A stretch of 62,305 bases of DNA, filler included, from Catajapyx aquilonaris (Eukaryota): the NCBI GenBank assembly GCA_000934665.2. It is 2 parts of 2 records of this genome, joined end to end, with 100 filler letters (N's around TTAATTAATTAA, not from the genome) between each part and the next. Parts side by side here need not be neighbours in the genome. Positions count along the whole stretch, not along the records: positions 31,129 to 62,305 come from JYFJ02004595.1; 1 more part is not named here. One strand, 5' to 3'. Both the position numbers and the translations under genes were made by a program. Position 1 is the first letter of the stretch. Every line of letters begins with the position of its first letter. Below the pieces are notes generated by a model, which was not told the DNA's origin, searched no databases, and saw only the letters and a program-made list of their open reading frames with translations. Shown here one piece after another: positions 55,974 through 62,305 of this stretch.

Positions 55974-55979
55974 TTTATT
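55974..55979 (-). terminator. Candidate polyadenylation signal of the zinc-finger gene
   Basis: AATAAA on the minus strand ~190 nt after the stop codon at 56165. Confidence 0.35.
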
Positions 55980-56164
55980 TGTAACAAAGGTACTCAATCA
56001 ATCAGCAGGTTAAAATACAACTAATGAACCTACACATAGGGCGACACTGACAAGAATTTGTCAGGCATCGCCTCCTCCACACTTTTGATAGAAGACATCA
56101 AAATACAAAGATAGATCAAGGAGGCTGAGCTTAACTCTCTGGTTATGATCATGCAAGCTGATCA

Positions 56165-56697
56165 TTATGATTGATGCATTTTTTTAAGATGGCGATTCAG
56201 CTCAGATGAATTGACAAAAGATTTTTCACATTGCTCACATTGGTACGGTCTAGTAGCTAGATGTGTGCGCATGTGCATGACCCAAGAATTGTAATACACA
56301 AACTGCTTCTTACACTGAGTGCACTTGTGTGGCTTCAGCCCAGCATGTTTCAACTCATGCTCCCTCAGTGTTTTCAAATGACGAAACGATTTCCCACACT
56401 CCGTGCAAACATTCTTACCATCGGGGCGACACACGTGAACATCCAATTGAAAGTTCGAGTGATATTTCTGGCCACACACTCCACAAGAAACTACCCTGTC
56501 TTTGTGGTGTACTGATACGTGGCGTGACAAATCCCTTCTCCGCATGAATGCTACTCCGCAATGTTCACAATTTAAAGAACAGTCCCCAGCTGTCGCCTGC
56601 ATCAGCTCCCCAGCAGCATGTTGCTCCTGATGCTTCTTAATCGACGGCTTTGTCGAGAATGACAACCCACATTGCTCGCACATAAATGCCTTCTCAC
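56165..56697 (-). CDS. C2H2 zinc-finger protein, last coding exon (6 fingers)
   Basis: Acceptor TTTCAG|GT GAG AAG (phase 1) completes the HR-G-EK linker. Five C2H2 fingers plus one C2HC-type finger, ending at TAA. Confidence 0.92.
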
Positions 56698-56837
56698 CTG
56701 AAATGGACAAGATCAAATTAATGCCTTTCAGAGGGTAAAAATTAATAAGCACAACTACTGATACAAACATCCTGGACATTGCAGTATCTTTGATTCACAT
56801 TATTCGGGTAATAACTTCCATAAACAGAAATAAAGTA

Positions 56838-56839
<2 letters not shown>

Positions 56840-56933
<94 letters not shown>

Positions 56934-57275
56934 GGTAGTGCAGACCTCCTGGGAGATGTTACACGGACCTTTATTTAAACGAATAGTAATTACAATGTCC
57001 TTGTTCTGCTGCTGCTTGCTGGTCCAACGGGCGTAGGGGATGGGGAGGTTCCCAAGGTAGGGCACCCTTAATTAGTTTCTAGTCATTTCTGACCCTCTTA
57101 AATACCAGACCTTTTCTCCTGGCCCGGGGCAGAGAAGGGAGTGAGAATCTGCCTGGACATGTCGGGTGAAAAGCGGAAAATTACCCGACTTAGCAGAGGT
57201 GACGGGGACAGGATTTGAACCCCAGACCTCCCGCTTGGCTGGCCAGTAGCATAGCCAACAGACCACCATGCCACC
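56840..57275 (-). mobile_element. tRNA-derived SINE family D (intronic)
   Basis: tRNA-like head with B box GGTTCAAATCC, long (ATT)n tail and 15-bp TSD CAGAAATAAAGTAAT (56825-39, 57276-90). Confidence 0.8.
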
Positions 57276-57493
57276 CAGAAATAAAGTAATGCTAAATAAC
57301 ATTAATAATTTTGTAACACAGGAAATGCAGGTTCAGGTTATGGTTCATCCAAAAAAAATCCCACTAACAACCTCCCGAACACGCCCTCTTACACGAATCA
57401 AGCAAGAGCACGTGCTTATTATATCCAACAACCATTTATATAGGTATGCATGCCACATGTTGAAGGATCCACAAGCTCTTTGAAATTTCTTAC

Positions 57494-58365
57494 CTCTGTG
57501 TGACCTTTGGTGCTGAATCAAGCTCCCTTTCTGTATAAATGCTTTTCCACAATCTCCACAAGAGTAAGGTTTCTCCCCAGTGTGAATCAGGTTGTGTCTC
57601 TCCAAATGGTGCTTCATCACGAACCGCTTCTCACACACCTTGCATGCGTATGTCTTCTCGGCATTGTGGTACTTCACGTGTATTCTCAAGTTGCTTCTGC
57701 TTGAAAAATTCTTCCCACAAATGTCGCACAAAAATGGCCTCACGCCAGCGTGCACGTTTTTATGCGCTGCTAACAACCCTTTGGCATGGTAACGCTTCCC
57801 GCATATGTCACATCCATGAAGCTTCTCCCCGGTATGTCTAGCAACATGTGCTAGGTAATTTTTTGAAATCACCATTTTTCCACACGTTTGGCATGGGATT
57901 CCCTTCTTAGTTACATGGCTCCTGACGTGTCGAGTGAAAAGGTTTCTGGTCGAAAATTTCTCCCCGCAAATCTTGCACTGGACACACTTAACGACTTCAA
58001 GTCCATGCACGGATGATTGGTGCAAGATCAGTTCCTTCTTCTTTGCAAACACCAAGTTGCAACTTTGGCATCTGTTCATGTGCATCACACACTTGTGATT
58101 CTGACCTGTTCTCACTCTCTTTCCACAAGCGCCACACTGGGTGGAAAGAACATGCGTCTTTTCGTGCACCAGTAATTCGTCTGTTCTGGAAAACTGCTTG
58201 TCACAAATGGGGCACTTGTATGCAATCAATATATTCTCAGCTAGGCTCCTGCCTTCCAACTCTTCAGAATCCCTTTCGTAAATGGCTGAAGAAACTTGCA
58301 CTGCTGATCCATCATCCACACTTTCATCCTGATTAGTGGTGAAACCCTGGGCACTGCTTGATGGG
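57494..58365 (-). CDS. C2H2 zinc-finger protein, penultimate exon (9 fingers)
   Basis: Acceptor TTTTATCATTTCAG| (phase 2) and donor AGA G|GTAAGA (phase 1). Eight C2H2 fingers plus one short CCHC, with HTGEK(P) linkers. Confidence 0.93.
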
Positions 58366-58419
58366 CTGAAATGATAAAAATTGTCGCTAGTAGCAGGAAA
58401 ACAATATTATCGCAACCTA

Positions 58420-58563
58420 GGTCAGGTTGCAATGGCTCCCGGAAAATTTGTCTGGCCGAAGAAGAGCCTGGTCAGTTTGTTATTCATAGTCGTCAACAAT
58501 GAATTACAAACTGTCCGGGCTCTTCTGCCAGACAAATTTTTCGAGAGCTGGTGCAACCCGGCC
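58420..58563. mobile_element. Intronic fold-back MITE (~145 bp)
   Basis: GGTTGCAATGGCTCCCGGAAAATTTGTCTGGC...CAGTTTGTTATTCAT pairs with ATGAATTACAAACTG...GCCAGACAAATTTTTCGAGAGCTGGTGCAACC. Confidence 0.7.
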
Positions 58564-58870
58564 ATAATCAAGCAGGGTAATAATTATTAGCTTAAAGAGG
58601 AAAAGCATGATGAATTCGATTATCAGTTGGTGTAACTCCACGTTGAAGGGTAAATCAGATCACAATACTCATGTTTACATGTGAGCAGTCTCGATAAGAA
58701 TCATTGCAGCCGAATTGTGACTTGTGTTATTACGCAACCAAGAACACAGCTGATTATTATTAACATAGAGGTGGCAAACTCCACAGGGTGGTAATTAACT
58801 TGGTGCAAAGAGTAGCTTGTTGTTGTGAGCTTGCAGAACCATTGCAAGGCTACGTTGCCCATCTGTATAC

Positions 58871-59465
58871 CTGTCAATAGAGCCGACAGCGGAAGACTTG
58901 TCCACTGCAGGAATCAGAAGCAGTGTTTTCCCATAAGCTGCTTTGAGTGCAGCTGACAAAATCTTGAGTGTCGGAGGAGCTGCCCTCTTGCTGGAACCAG
59001 GTTCAACTGCCGCTGGGGAGGGTGATTCCAGTGAATCTGGCTGGGTCGGTTGCACAGCCGCACTGCTGTACTGCTCACTGGTGCCTGCAGCCACTGCTCC
59101 TGAATTGACCTTTTTAACTTGGGCCACTATCACCAGTGGTTGTGGAACATGTTGCTGCGGCTGCTGCTGCTGCTGTGATTTCTCCAATACTGGCTTTCGA
59201 GGTACTGTTCGTGAGAGTCTAGGTTTCGCAGGTGCTGCTGGTGGAAGTTTAGGTTTTGGAAGGGCAGTTCTTGAAAGTCTAGGTTCTGGAGGTGCTGCTT
59301 GTGTAACTTTTTGTTTTGGAGGTGAGGCTGGTAGTAGCTTTTGAGGTGCTCTTTGTGGAAGGCTTGGTTGTTGTGGTGGTGGCAGAGGCTCAGGTTGCTC
59401 TGGTGGTGGTGGTGTTGGTGGTGTCTGCATTGCAGATGGAGGTGTTGGAGCTAGTTTCATCGCAA
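58871..59465 (-). CDS. Pro/Gln-rich low-complexity exon of the zinc-finger gene
   Basis: Acceptor TTTTTGCAG| (phase 1) and donor GAC AG|GTATAC (phase 2), which joins in frame to the 58365 exon. The 595 nt are open throughout. Confidence 0.8.
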
Positions 59466-60409
59466 CTGCAAAAAATATTGAAGACAATATCATTCTATGT
59501 CATTTTCACAGACTCTTGGGCATTCCACATGAATGTTTCATGAAACACTTTCATGTGAAATTCACATTTTAGAGTAATTATTATCATGCAGGTAATTCAT
59601 GTCTGTCAAGAGCATCCGTGTGACACTGAATGGTTCTAGACATTTGTTTTTTTTTTAAATATCGCATTAATAATAATACCATCAAGAGCTTCCCCATTGC
59701 TTTGAACTGCTGCACCTGGTCCTGTCTGGCTAACACTTCATTAAAATATGCCTTGATTCGAGACATTTAGAGAGTACAACAACAGAGGGGAAGCACCTAT
59801 TATGTCCTTCACAGTGTAGTGGAAATACACTGAAGATCATCATTTACGTATCTTTTCACTGCAGTAAGCCTGGCTTCCAAGGATTTTGGAATTGCTTGGC
59901 ATTACACATTTCTTTAAAATGATACTTTGAAAGTACACAGAGGTAGTAAGCCCCATTTTCTGACAGCAAAAACAGCGTGGGAAAAATGAAAAGTTGTAAA
60001 ATAAAACCCATTTATATCATAATTGAATGAGGTAGGTTCCAAGGTTTGCAAAATTTTAATATGTACAAAACTGATATAGCTGTACACTGAGTTCTTGGAA
60101 AGTTTAATGCATTTGTTTAACGGGAGGTTCCAGGATGAGGGTCATCGGGGTTCCTTTCCATTCTTTTCCATGAACTGCAGCATTAGGCTAGTATTTTGGA
60201 GTGTGTAGAGTCCAATAATGTGAAAAATACAAGCATAAGTGACGAGGTGGGGTTGGTACAAAAGCTGCAGAATGGAGAAATGGAGGAACTGAAATTGTGA
60301 GGAATTAGTAAGCATTTGGGTTGCAAGTTCCATTAAACCAATATTATGTATTAGGTGAATCAAATGAAACCCGTTCTTGGCTTCTAGAGAGGTTACTGTG
60401 CAGAGACTT

Positions 60410-60761
60410 GGGGAGACGGAGTGGTGCAGCGGTAACGTGCGCGCCCACGGATGTTAAGGTCCCGGGTTCGATCCCAGCCCGGGGACACCCCCTTCATCTC
60501 GTGCAGAGTTCAGGGTCACCTCTGGCTTCGTCTCGGGTGGTATTTCCTACAGACTAAACCACCCGGGGGAGTTCACTAAAAATGGCCACAGCGTCAGATT
60601 CACTGCACTTTGCACATCCCCTCCTGTCATCCTGCCCGTGGGCCCGGTCGCTTCAAAAATAGGATTCCCAAAAATTGTACACCATCTAAATAAAGGTCTG
60701 GCAGAAGGCCCCTTTGGGGCTAGCCGAATACCCAATCAATTATTTATTTTTATTATTATTA
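60410..60761 (+). mobile_element. tRNA-derived SINE family B, copy 2
   Basis: Same head and body as copy 1, ATT tail and 17-bp TSD TTACTGTGCAGAGACTT (60393-409, 60762-78). Confidence 0.92.
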
Positions 60762-60789
60762 TTACTGTGCAGAGACTTGGAACTTCCGG

Positions 60790-61027
60790 TACTGCTAGCG
60801 GCATTTTCCGATGCACTGACAGAAGCACAAAGCAAATTGATGGTGTATGAGCCGTGTGAGTAGGACATGGTAGACCCTAGGTGACGTCACCAGCTAGGTG
60901 CAATCTTTTTTCTCCATTCCCCGCAGCTGGTGATGTCACCCGCGGCCCACCATTTCTTACTCTCACGGCTCGCACTCAATCAATTCACTTTGTACCTCTG
61001 CCACATCTGAAAATGTCGCTAACAGTA
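60790..61027. mobile_element. Degenerate fold-back MITE (~240 bp, TA-flanked)
   Basis: TACTGCTAGCGGCATTTTCCGATG...GAGCCGTGTGAGTAGG...GGTGACGTCACCAGCT pairs with AGCTGGTGATGTCACC...CTTACTCTCACGGCTC...AAAATGTCGCTAACAGTA. Confidence 0.7.
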
Positions 61028-61168
61028 TGATGGAATTAATGTCCAGCACTGTACCAATACCTTCCAAATGGGTAGGTAAGATTCTGCGGTCATATACCGC
61101 AGCAGCCAATCCAATATGGCATGCGGCATGTTGACCATGCCCAGGTGGGATCTGCATATTGTTACCCC

Positions 61169-61476
61169 ATTTCTGATGGCCAAGGGCAATAGACTCACGG
61201 AAATCCATCAGAAGATGCATACGGTGTACAGTGCATCCAAGTAAGATAGATACATCCACAATCCCCCCTTAGTTGGTCCACATGTGTAATGATGGCAGGT
61301 GTGATTGCAGGCTGAGCCTGGCCTGGTTGGGGAAGGTCAGTAGTGGATTGTCTGCCATTTCAGAATCCTGAACCATTCAACGACAGTAATCTTTGCCACA
61401 ACAGCTGGCAGTGTACACCTTATGCAGCATCCTCCTTTGGATTTCCGTGGGTCTATTGCCTTCGGCCATCAGAAAT
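61169..61476. mobile_element. MITE with ~40-70 bp TIRs
   Basis: ATTTCTGATGGCCAAGGGCAATAGACTCACGGAAATCCA pairs with TGGATTTCCGTGGGTCTATTGCCTTCGGCCATCAGAAAT. Confidence 0.75.
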
Positions 61477-61761
61477 TGAAAAAAAAATTGGCTGAATCAG
61501 CTTGGGCACGCTCGACATGCCGCATGCCATCTAGGATTGATTGTGGCAGCATGAGCAGTATGCGCGCGGACTCTTACCTATGCATTTAGAAGGTACTGAT
61601 ATTGGTACTTTCTTAATTGCTGTGGTAAAAATTTCAAGTCCCTGCATTCAGTAGTATCGTCACTAGAAGACAAGAACAGGTTTCATTTTATCAATCGAAA
61701 TACATTTGCAAAAACTGATGAAAAATAAAAATGATAACAGACACACTGGACATTCCTGAAT

Positions 61762-62121
61762 ATAATATATAATAATATAACAATAATAATCCCGGTAGTG
61801 CACGAACTCCTTACGAGTTATATGGCACAGACCTTCATCACTCAAATACATTAGTATTCATCAGGACCTGATAACGTAGCGCCCAGGCCCACAGGCAGGG
61901 TGACAGGAGGGGATGTGCAAGGTGCAGTGCATCTGACGCTGTGGCCATTTTTAGTGAACTCCCCCGAGTGGTTTAATCTGTGGAAATACCACCCGAGACG
62001 AGGCCAGAGGTGACCCTGAACTCTGCACGAGATGAAGGGCGGGTGTCCCCGGGCTGGGAACGAACCCAGGACCTTAACATCTATGGGTGCATATGTTACC
62101 GCAGCACCACTCTGCCTCCCC
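61762..62121 (-). mobile_element. tRNA-derived SINE family B, copy 3 (more diverged)
   Basis: Same body as copies 1 and 2, TTA-rich tail and TSD T(G/A)GACATTCCTGAAT (61747-61, 62122-36). Confidence 0.88.
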
Positions 62122-62305
62122 TAGACATTCCTGAATGATCATCATTGGACATATTTTGTGTGTTCCTGGAGATACTTTTCCTTCTTCACTTCCATGACAT
62201 TAAATTAACTCTCTGGAAGTACAATAATGCCAACAACACATATTTTGTGCATTAAATTTGACATCATGGCACTGTCAGACAGGCGTTGCACTAGTTCAGC
62301 CTGAC

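Noticed and set aside
57345..57493. C-terminal extension of the 324-aa ORF
   Set aside because: Intronic read-through past the GTAAGA donor at 57493.
60963..61010. Apparent upstream exon of the zinc-finger gene (TTTTCAG|ATGTGGCAGAG...)
   Set aside because: It lies within one arm of the 60790-61027 fold-back element, and its donor phase does not match the 59465 acceptor.
1..62305. CRISPR array, operon or prokaryotic defence system
   Set aside because: No regularly spaced repeat-spacer array and very low coding density. Spliceosomal introns and SINEs indicate animal nuclear DNA.

Overview
This is AT-rich, intron- and repeat-rich eukaryotic DNA, most likely from an invertebrate animal; I cannot identify the taxon from sequence alone. 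The only well-supported protein-coding gene is a minus-strand multi-exon C2H2 zinc-finger gene at ~56.2-59.5 kb. Three exons have phase-compatible GT-AG junctions, with a Pro-rich region followed by ~15 fingers; the 5' exons were not found. A frameshifted C2H2 remnant lies at ~44 kb. The rest is dominated by small non-autonomous mobile elements. These include seven TSD-flanked tRNA-derived SINEs from four body families (one with a V-domain-like core), Tc1/mariner-, PIF/Harbinger- and piggyBac-like MITEs, several fold-back palindromes, non-autonomous Helitron pieces and microsatellites. An artificial 100-bp linker (N44-TTAATTAATTAA-N44) at 31029-31128 means the two halves may not be truly adjacent. 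The most interesting observation is the SINE 3' tails: they differ within one family, are shared between unrelated families, and keep the same stem/internal-loop/hairpin/TACC-like/(ATT)n architecture. I found no CRISPR array, rRNA, genuine tRNA gene or prokaryote-type system.
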